Positions 41,331 through 50,877 of a stretch of DNA of 64,000 nt are shown one piece after another. This stretch comes from Candidatus Hydrogenedentota bacterium (lineage in GTDB: Bacteria > Hydrogenedentota > Hydrogenedentia > Hydrogenedentales > SLHB01). Every line of letters begins with the position of its first letter. Within the stretch, counting starts at the first letter, position 1. The translations under genes were made by a program, and so were the position numbers. The stretch lies in contig CAXXTH010000010.1 in NCBI GenBank assembly GCA_963668025.2, positions 864,001 through 928,000 of the forward strand, read 5' to 3'. Below the pieces are notes generated by a model that searched no databases, was not told the DNA's origin, and saw only the letters and a list, made by a program, of their open reading frames with translations.

Positions 41331-42008
41331 CTATTTCTGGTATTGATCCATCAAATACCGCTCTAATTCTTTCAAGGAATCAAACAGCGCATCTGGCCGC
41401 AACGCATCGAGTTCTTCACGTGGCGCATAACCATGGGTGAGCGCTAAGCTCCGCATGCCCGCCGCTTGGGCGGCCTCCACATCGAAGCGCGTGTCGCCCA
41501 CGTAGGCCATTTCCGTCGGCTTGACCCCTAGATCCGATGCGGCTTTCAGCAGAGCCTCTGGATGGGGCTTGGGATTGGAAACGTCATCGGGGCCGATCCG
41601 GGAGGCGAAAAACTCAAGGATGTCGAGATAGTCCAGCACTTTCTCTGCGTACATCCGGCGTTTTGATGTGGCGAAACCGAGTGCGATATCCGCGCCGCGC
41701 AAGGCTTCCAGCAGTTCGCGTGTTCCCGGATACAGCGAGGTGCGGGGGCCGCAGATGGGGCCATAATGCTTGCGATAGATGCGGGCGCACTCGTGGCGAT
41801 CGTGTGAGGTCATGGTGGCGATTTGGTTTTCAAGCACATTGCCGATAGTGCTCGTGATGGCGATGCGCGGCGGGCGCGGCTCGCCGATTTCGTCAAATAA
41901 GAGGTAAAAGCACTCGACAATAGCCTCGGTGCTGTCGATGAGCGTACCATCCAAATCGAAACAAACTGCTTTGATCATAATCTGCGAGTGACGCATCCTT
42001 TCTGACAC
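41331..42008 (-). CDS. HAD phosphatase (phosphoglycolate phosphatase-like)
   Basis: FDLDGTLIDS, ATSK, KPHPE, VGDTRFD. Confidence 0.9.
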   Translation of the reverse strand: MSERMRHSQIMIKAVCFDLDGTLIDSTEAIVECFYLLFDEIGEPRPPRIAITSTIGNVLENQIATMTSHDRHECARIYRKHYGPICGPRTSLYPGTRELLEALRGADIALGFATSKRRMYAEKVLDYLDILEFFASRIGPDDVSNPKPHPEALLKAASDLGVKPTEMAYVGDTRFDVEAAQAAGMRSLALTHGYAPREELDALRPDALFDSLKELERYLMDQYQK

Positions 42009-42044
42009 AAGTAGATGTCTGGCATACCGGAAACTATGTATAGA

Positions 42045-42879
42045 TTAGGCCCGACGCCAACATCTCCAAATTCAAGTGTAACTAACTATTGCCAAATCAT
42101 CATGTCCATTCTGCCCATCTTTGTTTGGAACAAGGATATACAGGATGCGCAGGATATAGGGTCAGCACAGCTTCGTACGGGTTAGGCCCGATGCCAGCAT
42201 CTCCAAATTCAAGTGTAACTAACTATTGCCAAATCATCATGTCCATTCTGCCCATCTTTGTTTGGAACAAGGATATACAGGATGCGCAGGATATAGGGTC
42301 AGCACAGCTTCGTACGGGTTAGGCCCGATGCCAGCATCTCCAAATTCAAGTGTAACTAACTATTGCCAAATCATCATGTCCATTCTGCCCATCTTTGTTT
42401 GGAACAAGGATATACAGGATGCGCAGGATATAGGGTCAGCACAGCTTCGTACGGGTTAGGCCCGATGCCAGCATCTCCAAATTCAAGTGTAACTAACTAT
42501 TGCCAAATCATCATGTCCATTCTGCCCATCTTTGTTTGGAACAAGGATATACAGGATGCGCAGGATATAGGGTCAGCACAGCTTCGTACGGGTTAGACCC
42601 GACGCCAACATCCCCAAATTCAAGTGAAACAAACTATTGCCAATTCATCATGTCCATCCTGCCCATCTTTGTTTGGAACAAGAATATACAGGATGCGCAG
42701 GATATAGGGTCAGCACAACTACGCATGGATTAGACTCGACACCTGATCTCCAAATTCAAGTGAAACAGACTATTGCCAATTCATCATGTCCATCCTGCCC
42801 ATCCTTGTTTGGAACAAGGATATGCAGGATGCGCAGGATATTGGATCAGCACAACTTCGCATGGATTAGGCCAGATGCC
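42045..42879. repeat. 137-bp tandem repeat, 6 units plus a partial 7th
   Basis: Units start at 42045, 42182, 42319, 42456, 42593, 42730 and 42866; units 2-4 identical; each has an internal hairpin. Confidence 0.95.
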
Positions 42880-42882
42880 TGC

Positions 42883-44265
42883 CTAGTGCTTTTCCTTATA
42901 TCGCGCCTCGATAGCCTCGACCAGCGTATCCGTATCCGGGATTTTCGAGAGGAACGTGGGTTTGCCATCGATGCAAATCGTGGGGATGCCCTTCACATCC
43001 AGGCGGCACATGTAGCCGATGCCGTCGCGGCTCTTGATTTTGTGCTCGCGCACATCCACGGGCACGTTCGTTTTTTCGGAGGCCTTGATAGCGGCGTCGA
43101 CCATATACAGGCAAGGCGCGCACGCCGACGAATCGAGGGTGATGACATCCAGAATGACCGCGTCTTCTTTCGCATAGTCCGGTAGAATCAGGTCCGTGAA
43201 GTCATCCATGGCGCTGGCCTGGACCGAGGTGCGCGCGACCGTGCGCTGGTAATCGTCATGCACCATGTTGGCCACGGCTTGCAGGTTCTGCTCGGGCGTG
43301 CCGTAGGGCAAATCGCATCCTGGCGCAAGTACGAAGCCTTGCCGCCCGCCCCGGTCGATGCATCGGATGGCGTCGAGCATGCAGTCGGCTTCCTTGCCCA
43401 GCAGGAGGACGGTCGTTAAACGGAGATTTCCGCCGAACGACTTATTGTATTTGCAAGATAAGTTGCGCAATAGGTTTAGCGGGATATTTTCGTCGATGGA
43501 GATATTGTCGCAGGTGGTGCGGCACATGGGATCGAGATTGCGCGTAGCGTCACCGCAGACGAAGAGGGACGAGAAGGCGTCGGCCTGGCGCACATGGGCG
43601 AAGATCTCGTTCAAATATGCCGCCACGAATTCCTCGAAGTGCTCCGGCGAGATCTGGCTCGTCATGGGATCCACGACGGCGATGACATCCGCGCCATTTT
43701 TGAGATAGAAGTCGGCCGTAGTGTTGGCGATCTTCGTGCAATAAGCCATGTATTTTTTGACGCGGTCTGGGTCAAGCATGAGGTCCATGAAGAGGTCGCT
43801 GCCGCGCAGATGCGAGAGCAGCGTGAAAGGGCCGGTGATCAGCCCATATAACGCCACTTCGCCGCCGATTTCCGCCGTGAGCCGCCGCGTGGCGTCGGCC
43901 ACGAGGGGAAAGCGCCCTTTTGTGGTGTCAAATGCGGGCAGATCTTCGAGCTCTTTTGAGGATAAAGGATGCGACACCACCGATGGGGGCACTTCATCCG
44001 CCCAGTGCAGCTTGCAGCCCAGCACCTCGGCCTCCATCTGGAGGTCAAACACGATGGGGAGGCCATCGGGCTTATATAACTCGAAGGCTTTGCGCTGGCC
44101 TTGAACGATGAGATCGGCGGACTGGAGGTATTCCGTGGCCGTGACGCCGATTAGCTTGCCGCCATGCACGCCCACAAATGGCGCCCATGCGGGCCGCAAC
44201 GTGGTTTCATTGCGCAGCGCGCTCAGCAAGATTTCCTTGCCCGTCAACACTGATTTCTCCGCCAT
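42883..44265 (-). CDS. Uroporphyrinogen decarboxylase/MtaA-CmuA family protein with C-terminal thioredoxin-like domain
   Basis: DLQMEAEVLGC, GPFTLL..LRG, LAPGCDLP..TP; tail CAPC...GIPTICIDG. Confidence 0.8.
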   Translation of the reverse strand: MAEKSVLTGKEILLSALRNETTLRPAWAPFVGVHGGKLIGVTATEYLQSADLIVQGQRKAFELYKPDGLPIVFDLQMEAEVLGCKLHWADEVPPSVVSHPLSSKELEDLPAFDTTKGRFPLVADATRRLTAEIGGEVALYGLITGPFTLLSHLRGSDLFMDLMLDPDRVKKYMAYCTKIANTTADFYLKNGADVIAVVDPMTSQISPEHFEEFVAAYLNEIFAHVRQADAFSSLFVCGDATRNLDPMCRTTCDNISIDENIPLNLLRNLSCKYNKSFGGNLRLTTVLLLGKEADCMLDAIRCIDRGGRQGFVLAPGCDLPYGTPEQNLQAVANMVHDDYQRTVARTSVQASAMDDFTDLILPDYAKEDAVILDVITLDSSACAPCLYMVDAAIKASEKTNVPVDVREHKIKSRDGIGYMCRLDVKGIPTICIDGKPTFLSKIPDTDTLVEAIEARYKEKH

Positions 44266-44596
44266 GATGCCTCTATCTCCTTGGCTATAATGCCATACTA
44301 AACACGCCATGCCGCGCCTGTTGGCGCGGATCGCGCAAGCCTAGCAAATCATACGGATGTTTTCAAAGTAATACGCGCGCCTATTAGCGATGGCGTGCGA
44401 TATAGTCCATTGTTGCATTCGCCAATAAACCGGAACGGGACTGGCCATGCGTCCGCGCCCATTTATCCACGGCATCCAGCACATAATCCGGCAAGGTTAC
44501 ATTCACCCGTTTGGCCTTGCCTAAAGGGATATCCACGCCAACGGACGCCGCTTTTGGATGCTCTTGACGGCTTCTCGGATGTCTTTAATATATTGT

Positions 44597-44618
44597 GTAG
44601 GGTGGGGCTTGCCCCACC
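44597..44618 (+). repeat. GTAG-type REP, 3' flank of RAYT
   Basis: GTAGGGTGGGGCTTGCCCCACC. Confidence 0.85.
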
Positions 44619-44628
44619 GATTTTCCAT

Positions 44629-45183
44629 TTATTCCCCAAAATCATGCATTTCAAATTCCGTCAACAAGTTACTGACTGGCGTTTTTTCTTCATACCATCC
44701 CATTCGGAGATATTTATGAAAAGTAGACCACGGCCACTCCTCGGGGTGAGATACGAGTTCATGCTTCACTGGATTGAAATGAATGTAATCATAGTGGCGT
44801 TTCATGTCCAGCTCATCAGTTATTCGGTGTTCCCAAAATCTTCTTTGGAAAAGAGAGGTTTCACCTTTTCGAAGGCGGGATGGAGTTTGTATTCCGTCTT
44901 CACCCCCTTGTTGAAGAAATTTTCTTGAAAACATTCCCTTTACTCGCGCACATCTTGTGGAAAAATTGGCATCGTTTTCAGGAAGCAGCCATATGGAATG
45001 CATGTGGTCTGGTAGCAAGCATATGGCCATTATTTCGAAATATTGAGCATCCATAGCTGCTCTGAACGCCAGGTGCAAGCATTGCCGTGCAAGAGGTTCC
45101 AAAAACAAAGGACGCCTCTTGAATGCAACGACTGTAAAGAAATAGGCCGCTCCTGGCGTATAATCTCGAACATAATTTGGCAT
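44629..45183 (-). CDS. REP-associated tyrosine transposase (RAYT, Y1 HUH)
   Basis: YFFTVV, LPDHMHSIW (HUH), FQRRFWEHRI, YIHFNPVKH, WPWST; flanked by inverted REPs. Confidence 0.92.
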   Translation of the reverse strand: MPNYVRDYTPGAAYFFTVVAFKRRPLFLEPLARQCLHLAFRAAMDAQYFEIMAICLLPDHMHSIWLLPENDANFSTRCARVKGMFSRKFLQQGGEDGIQTPSRLRKGETSLFQRRFWEHRITDELDMKRHYDYIHFNPVKHELVSHPEEWPWSTFHKYLRMGWYEEKTPVSNLLTEFEMHDFGE

Positions 45184-45192
45184 AGCGATACC

Positions 45193-45214
45193 GGTGGGGC
45201 AAGCCCCACCCTAC
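45193..45214 (-). repeat. GTAG-type REP, 5' flank of RAYT
   Basis: Exact reverse complement of 44597-44618. Confidence 0.85.
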
Positions 45215-45220
45215 TCCAAC

Positions 45221-46444
45221 CTATATACATAGCCGTTCTTGGATGCTCTTGACAGCTTGCTGGATGTCTTCGGCGTGGCCGAAGGCGCTGAGGCGGAAAT
45301 AGCCTTCGCCGTTGGGGCCGAATCCAGCGCCTGGCGTGCCCACCACGTGTGTCTCATTGAGGAGCTTGTCGAAGAACACCCATGAACCCATGCCGTTGGG
45401 GGTGCGCAGCCAGATGTAAGGCGCGTTGACGCCGCCGAAGACTTTGAGGCCGATGGCTTCGAGCCCTTCCCGGATGACACGGGCGTTGTTCATGTAATAG
45501 GCGACAAGCCCCGCGCATTCCCGCTGGCCTTGCTCCGACATAGCCGCGAGGCCGCCGACCTGCACGACATTCGATGCGCCGTTGAACATGGTGGTTTGGC
45601 GGCGGAACCATAAGCGGTTGAGCTTGCCCGGCTCCGCGTTTTCACACTGGAGGGCCTTGGGGACGATGCTCCAGCCGAGGCGCACGCCCGTGAAGCCTGC
45701 TTCTTTCGAGAAGCTATTGATCTCGAGCGCGCATTCTTTCGCACCCTCGATTTGGAAGATCGAGCGTGGCAGTTCGGGGTCCGAGATGTAAGCCGCGTAG
45801 GCGGAATCATAAATGATCACGGCTTGGTGTTCTCGTGCATAGGCGACGAACTGTTCGAGCTGGGCTTTCGTGGCCACGGCTCCCGTGGGATTGTTCGGGC
45901 TGCACAGGTAGATAAGGTCCACCTTGCCTTTCGGTAATTCGGGGAAAAAGCCGTTCTCTTCCGTACATGGCATGTAGACGAAGCCTTCATACTGGCCGTC
46001 TTTCGCCTGGCCCGAGCGCCCCGCGATGACATTGGTGTCCACATACACCGGATACGCGGGGTCTTGCACGGCGACGACGTTGTCCACGCCGAAAATAGAC
46101 TGGATATTGGCGGTGTCGGGCTTCGCGCCATCGCTGATGAAGAAATCGTCCGCATCGAGCGTGACGCCATATCCGGCATACCGTTTGACAAGGGCATCGC
46201 GTAATGCGGCTTCGCCTTGTTCATCGCCATAACCGGTATATGTTGCAGGAGAAGCAAGGGCGTCCACACCCGCATGCAGCCCGGCAATGACCGTTGGCGT
46301 CAGCGGTTCCGTGGTGTTGCCGATGCCCAGGCGCATGACCTTTACGCCCGGATGGGCTTGGAGGAACGCCTTGGTCCGCCGCCCGATCTCCGGAAACAAG
46401 TAGCCCGCCGCCAGTTTGTCATAGTGGGAATTGATGGTTGCCAT
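45221..46444 (-). CDS. dapL: LL-diaminopimelate aminotransferase
   Basis: GYLFPEI, SDGAK, DPAYPVYVD, PNNPTG, SFSKEAGFTGVRLG. Confidence 0.95.
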   Translation of the reverse strand: MATINSHYDKLAAGYLFPEIGRRTKAFLQAHPGVKVMRLGIGNTTEPLTPTVIAGLHAGVDALASPATYTGYGDEQGEAALRDALVKRYAGYGVTLDADDFFISDGAKPDTANIQSIFGVDNVVAVQDPAYPVYVDTNVIAGRSGQAKDGQYEGFVYMPCTEENGFFPELPKGKVDLIYLCSPNNPTGAVATKAQLEQFVAYAREHQAVIIYDSAYAAYISDPELPRSIFQIEGAKECALEINSFSKEAGFTGVRLGWSIVPKALQCENAEPGKLNRLWFRRQTTMFNGASNVVQVGGLAAMSEQGQRECAGLVAYYMNNARVIREGLEAIGLKVFGGVNAPYIWLRTPNGMGSWVFFDKLLNETHVVGTPGAGFGPNGEGYFRLSAFGHAEDIQQAVKSIQERLCI

Positions 46445-46828
46445 GCTTGCTGCTCCATGTTTTTTAGACCACTAAATACACGAAATACACTAAATTGTGT
46501 AGCCAAGGCGCTGGTTCCTAGATCATTTTTTGTGTTTTTCCTTTATCCATTGAGATCTGTGCCATCAGCGTCATCTGTGGATCAATTTTATTGACCGAAC
46601 CACGGCGGCATAGAGATTATGCGAGCATAGCAGATCTCAGTAGTAAAAGGCACACTGCGCAGCGGTGAAGAATAGCGGCGCCCCAGGGTCAGGCGTTGAG
46701 GTGATGCGGGTTAGACGGGGGGTGGCGAGGCCGACAGGCGACAGGAGGGGCAGCGGCTGTGCGTAAAGCCGGTGAATGGATGGGCGAGACGTGTAGGGCG
46801 GCGGCGCAACCGGGAACGCGCGGGCGCC

Positions 46829-48265
46829 CTATGCGGAACTGAAGCGGATCTGGATGGCCTCGGTGCAGAGGGCGTCATATTGTTCGCGGGACAGGGTGGC
46901 GTTGCGCAGGGCTTCGAGGAGGCGATGGGCAAGGTTTCTGGCGGAGCCAAAGCCTTTTGGAAAGTGGGCGGCCAGAAGGCTGCCATCCTCCAGGAGTTGC
47001 ATGAGCAGATGGGCTATCTGCATCAAGAGGTAGTAGATCTTACTGGCCTGTTCGTTTTGGGTATAGGCGTGTTCGAGGTTGTAGCCGCCGTTTTTCTGCA
47101 CGTTGAATGCTTCATTTTCAATCTTCCAGCGTAAGCGTCCTCCTTCATTGGCCAAGGCGGCCGCATTGTGCGCGGATACGGATACGTTGGTCACCCATTT
47201 GAACTTGGTTTTCTTTATCATGCCTTCCGCGTCCGGGCGGGTGTCCACGCATTCGAGCACGGACAGGATGTGTTCACGCCGCTCGGAATCGCGGTAGGGG
47301 ATGTCGTTGACCCAGCGAAACTGCTGGTGGATTTCCTTCTTGTTGCCGCAACGCCACGTAAGCTGGTTTTCGGGCGTCGCGGCCGCGAGGCTCTCGAATT
47401 CTTCGTTCACGGTGGCCAATTGGCCGTCCGTGAGCGTAATCATGAACTTCCAGCCATATTGCTGGCACAGCCGAAACACCGGTCCCGTGGCGTACAGGCC
47501 GTCCATCGCCAACAGCAGCGGCAAGCGGGGGAATCGGGCATGCAGGCGTGGGGCCAGCCGGTAGAAGGCTTTGGTCTCGCAATCCTGCTTGCGTTGTTGC
47601 TCGCTTTTCGCCAGGTCTTTCTCTGGATTCTCAATGAACTCCGTCATGAGCGAAAAGACCCACCCGTTTGGCGTGACGATCTTGGACTCCAGCACGGGAT
47701 GGTAGTAGGTGATCTTGCCGCTCTTGTGCTTGCGCGTGAGGCAATGGGCGCAGTGGCGATGATCATAACTGCGTGTCCCCGTGGCGTCGATGGCCGCCAC
47801 GTAGTAGCGCCCGAACAGGCGGTGGGGGTACAACACCTTCTTGTCGATGAGCGTCTGCGTCATGCCGGAAACGAGTTCCTGGACCGCCTCGAACGGCAAA
47901 CCGCGAAATACCCCGTTCATCGTATCGCCATGCGGCACGCTGTCCACGTCAAACAAGACCTTGTACAGATGGACCATGAACGTCGTGTACAACTGCAGGC
48001 GGACTTGCCGGCGCGCCCCGAGCCGGCATGCGAACATCAGCACTCCCAAGAACACCAGCGACGCGACACTGTAGTCCACGTCGCCGGCTTGCTCGGGTTT
48101 GCGGGGATCGGGCAAGCCCGCAAAGCGCTTGCGCACCGGGCCAAAGAAGTGGGTGAACGTCCTCAAGAAGGCCCGGATGATTTCCGGATGCTCTTCTTGC
48201 GGGTTTGCAGGAACTGCCGTTGGGCCGCGCCCATGGCCTCGACGAGCTTCTTGAGCTTTTTCCAT
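46829..48265 (-). CDS. DDE transposase
   Basis: AIDATG, KQDCETKAF, DGLYA, RWKIENEAFN..K. Confidence 0.85.
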   Translation of the reverse strand: MEKAQEARRGHGRGPTAVPANPQEEHPEIIRAFLRTFTHFFGPVRKRFAGLPDPRKPEQAGDVDYSVASLVFLGVLMFACRLGARRQVRLQLYTTFMVHLYKVLFDVDSVPHGDTMNGVFRGLPFEAVQELVSGMTQTLIDKKVLYPHRLFGRYYVAAIDATGTRSYDHRHCAHCLTRKHKSGKITYYHPVLESKIVTPNGWVFSLMTEFIENPEKDLAKSEQQRKQDCETKAFYRLAPRLHARFPRLPLLLAMDGLYATGPVFRLCQQYGWKFMITLTDGQLATVNEEFESLAAATPENQLTWRCGNKKEIHQQFRWVNDIPYRDSERREHILSVLECVDTRPDAEGMIKKTKFKWVTNVSVSAHNAAALANEGGRLRWKIENEAFNVQKNGGYNLEHAYTQNEQASKIYYLLMQIAHLLMQLLEDGSLLAAHFPKGFGSARNLAHRLLEALRNATLSREQYDALCTEAIQIRFSSA

Positions 48266-48510
48266 TCCTCAATCCATTGCGCCACTTCGCGGCGCAATTC
48301 ACGGGGCACGTGGAGGGTGCGGGTCTTCCCGCCCTCCTTCCACGTCAGCAGGGCCGTTTCATGGATCGGCCCTTCCTGGACGCACCGGCAGCGCGGGTTC
48401 CCGCAGCGGCTGCGGGTGATGGTGAGCGTGGCGGGAAGAAAGGGCCCCAGACGCGCCAGGCGCGCCTGGACCTTGCGTCCCGCCGAGTTCGTGACAGGTT
48501 TCCCTTCCAT
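48163..48510 (-). CDS. DUF6788-like small IS accessory ORF
   Basis: RCGNPRCRC..GPIH..LTWKEGGKTRT; overlaps the transposase start. Confidence 0.7.
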   Translation of the reverse strand: MEGKPVTNSAGRKVQARLARLGPFLPATLTITRSRCGNPRCRCVQEGPIHETALLTWKEGGKTRTLHVPRELRREVAQWIEEWKKLKKLVEAMGAAQRQFLQTRKKSIRKSSGPS

Positions 48511-48687
48511 GTACGGAAGTATATATACTTCCGTACCAGAAGTCAACAAAAAAAAGCGCCGATGCGAAGAAAAAACTCCCCGCACCGGCGCATCCTCAAC
48601 TCATTCAACTGCTTCTACGCGAAAAAAAAGCGGTTCTTCACCGCTGCACACTGCTTCTTTTTGGATTGGTGTGCTATATATGCCCAA

Positions 48688-49524
48688 TCAGCCGAAGCGG
48701 CCCGTGATGTAGTCTTCCGTTTGTTTTTCGCGGGGGTTGGTGAACAGTTCCTGGGTGGGGCCGAATTCGATGAGCACGCCTTCGTAGAAGAATGCGGTGA
48801 AATCGGAAACGCGGGCGGCTTGCTGCATGTTGTGGGTGACGATCACGATGGTGTATTGGCCGCGTAGTTCGGCGATGAGATCTTCGATGTGGGCCGTCGA
48901 GCGCGGGTCGAGGGCGGAGGTGGGCTCGTCCATCAGGAGAATTTCGGGGTTGACGGCAAGCGAGCGAGCGATGCATAGGCGCTGTTGTTGTCCACCCGAG
49001 AGGCCGAGGGCGTTCTGATTGAGCCGGTCAGCCACTTCGTTCCACAACGCAGCTTGCTTGAGGCTTCGCTCCATGATGTCATGAAGCTGGGTGCGGCCGC
49101 GGACGCCAAGGCGGCGTGCGCCATACACGACGTTCTCGAAGATGGTCTTGGGAAACGGATTGGGTTTTTGGAAGACCATACCCACTTTCTGGCGGAGCAC
49201 GACGACATTGAGGTCTTTGCCGTATACATCGTAGCCGTCAAAGAGCATTTTTCCGGTGACATGGCAGCCGGGGATGAGGTCATTCATGCGGTTCATGGCG
49301 CGCAAATAGGTGCTTTTGCCGCATCCGCTTGGGCCAATGATGGCGGTGACCATGCATCGAGGAATCGACAAGGTGACTTTTTTGACGGCTTCGTTCGCGC
49401 CATAGAAGATGGAGAAGTCCTCGGTGCGGATATGCCCGTCCATGTCCGCACTATCATCATTCACGTGATGGCCTCTATTTTGGGGCTTGTTGATTTTGAT
49501 GGGCGTAATCAGAGGTTGCGACAT
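48688..49524 (-). CDS. pstB: Phosphate ABC transporter ATPase
   Basis: [40 protein letters not shown]. Confidence 0.96.
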   Translation of the reverse strand: MSQPLITPIKINKPQNRGHHVNDDSADMDGHIRTEDFSIFYGANEAVKKVTLSIPRCMVTAIIGPSGCGKSTYLRAMNRMNDLIPGCHVTGKMLFDGYDVYGKDLNVVVLRQKVGMVFQKPNPFPKTIFENVVYGARRLGVRGRTQLHDIMERSLKQAALWNEVADRLNQNALGLSGGQQQRLCIARSLAVNPEILLMDEPTSALDPRSTAHIEDLIAELRGQYTIVIVTHNMQQAARVSDFTAFFYEGVLIEFGPTQELFTNPREKQTEDYITGRFG

Positions 49525-49529
49525 GGGGC

Positions 49530-50876
49530 TTATCCTTTGAGCTTCTTGGCGATACGGGCGCGCAGCACAATCGCAGCCGTGTTCAGCAGCAACACCAGCG
49601 CCACCAGCACCAATACCATGCCGAATTGGACATGGCGGATTTCCTGGACGGCTTCGTGTTCGGTGGCGACATTGTAAATGTTCCAGGGCAGTGCGGGCGT
49701 AGGCTGGTTGAAGAATCCCAGCAGGGAAAGGGGCTTCCCAACACTCACGGCGGCGGTGAAGATGATGGGGGCGGTTTCACCGGCGGCGCGGCCCATGCTG
49801 ATCACGATACTGGTCAGGATGCCCGGCAGCGCCGCTGGCACAATCACCGACATAATCATGTGCCATTTGCTGGCGCCCAGGCTGAGGGCTGCTTCGCGGT
49901 AGGTATGAGGAACGGAACGGAGGGCCTCTTCGGACGCGCGGATGACTGTGGGCAGCACGAGCAGGGCGAGGGTGAGTGAACCTGCTAAGGCGCTTTTAGA
50001 TTCCGAGACATGCAAGGTGTTGATGAAGAAGGCCAGGCCGAACAGGCCAAAGACGATGCTGGGCACGCCCGCCAAGGTGCTGATGCAGGTATTCAATAAG
50101 CTTAGGAATAGGCTTTCCTTGGAGTATTCCACCAAAAAGATGGCGGCGATTATGCCCATGGGAAGTGCGAACACCATTGAGCCGATGGTGAGGTAAATCG
50201 TGCCGAGCAATTCTGGCCATATTCCGCCGAAAAAGTGGGCGTCCGTCGAGGAATCAAATAGGAACCGCCAATAGAAGGTCCATTGCGGCAACAACATGGC
50301 GTGCAGGTTCTTGGGAACATAATCAAACAACGGTTCGAGGGCGGTTCCCTTAAAGGCATCGGCGCGCGGTTTCAACACCTTGACGCCCGGCTTGCTTGGA
50401 TCGCTATAGTCCCATTGTTCGGAATAAAGCAAGTTTTGCAGTTTCACTTGGGCGCGATCCCACCGGGTTTGCCCGTATTGGCCACGGAGAAGAATCGGCA
50501 TGGATTCGCCCGGCAAAGGCCCCAGCAGCTCGTGGAGCGCTGTTTTGATCTCGCCAAATGGTTTGCGGTATTTACTGCGTTCGGAGTAGCTCATTTCGTC
50601 GAGTTGCTTTTGGAAATCCTCCAGCATGCGGTACACAGGGCGGCGCGTGGCGGCGGCTTCCTTGTCTTGTGCGGCCACTTTGGCGGCGTCGCCATGGCCG
50701 TATTGCTCGATATGCAGCCGCCTGAACTCGATAGTGCCTTGGAACACCATGGCCCCCATGCCTTTATAGACGATTGGGCCCAGGAGAACCACAAGAGCCG
50801 CGCCCATAAGGGATATGGATACGAATCCGAAGGCGGTGAAGTAGCGGTCCACTACTTTTCGGGATGCAAGGTCCAT
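49530..50876 (-). CDS. pstA: Phosphate ABC permease PstA with a large extramembrane insertion
   Basis: [22 protein letters not shown]. Confidence 0.93.
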   Translation of the reverse strand: MDLASRKVVDRYFTAFGFVSISLMGAALVVLLGPIVYKGMGAMVFQGTIEFRRLHIEQYGHGDAAKVAAQDKEAAATRRPVYRMLEDFQKQLDEMSYSERSKYRKPFGEIKTALHELLGPLPGESMPILLRGQYGQTRWDRAQVKLQNLLYSEQWDYSDPSKPGVKVLKPRADAFKGTALEPLFDYVPKNLHAMLLPQWTFYWRFLFDSSTDAHFFGGIWPELLGTIYLTIGSMVFALPMGIIAAIFLVEYSKESLFLSLLNTCISTLAGVPSIVFGLFGLAFFINTLHVSESKSALAGSLTLALLVLPTVIRASEEALRSVPHTYREAALSLGASKWHMIMSVIVPAALPGILTSIVISMGRAAGETAPIIFTAAVSVGKPLSLLGFFNQPTPALPWNIYNVATEHEAVQEIRHVQFGMVLVLVALVLLLNTAAIVLRARIAKKLKG

Positions 50877-50877
50877 G

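Larger units (their letters stand above)
46659..48647 (-). mobile_element. Insertion sequence (DDE, ISAs1/ISNCY-like), 1989 bp
   Basis: 14-bp TIRs GCAGCGGTGAAGAA at 46659-46672 and 48634-48647; 7-bp direct repeat ACACTGC on both sides; GC-rich. Confidence 0.88.

Noticed and set aside
42045-42879. 137-bp array as a second CRISPR or a coding repeat
   Set aside because: No unique spacers; unit length is not a multiple of 3; the repeated 77-aa ORFs lack an RBS and recognisable motifs
47168-48712. 514-aa plus-strand ORF
   Set aside because: Antisense shadow of the GC-rich transposase; no motifs
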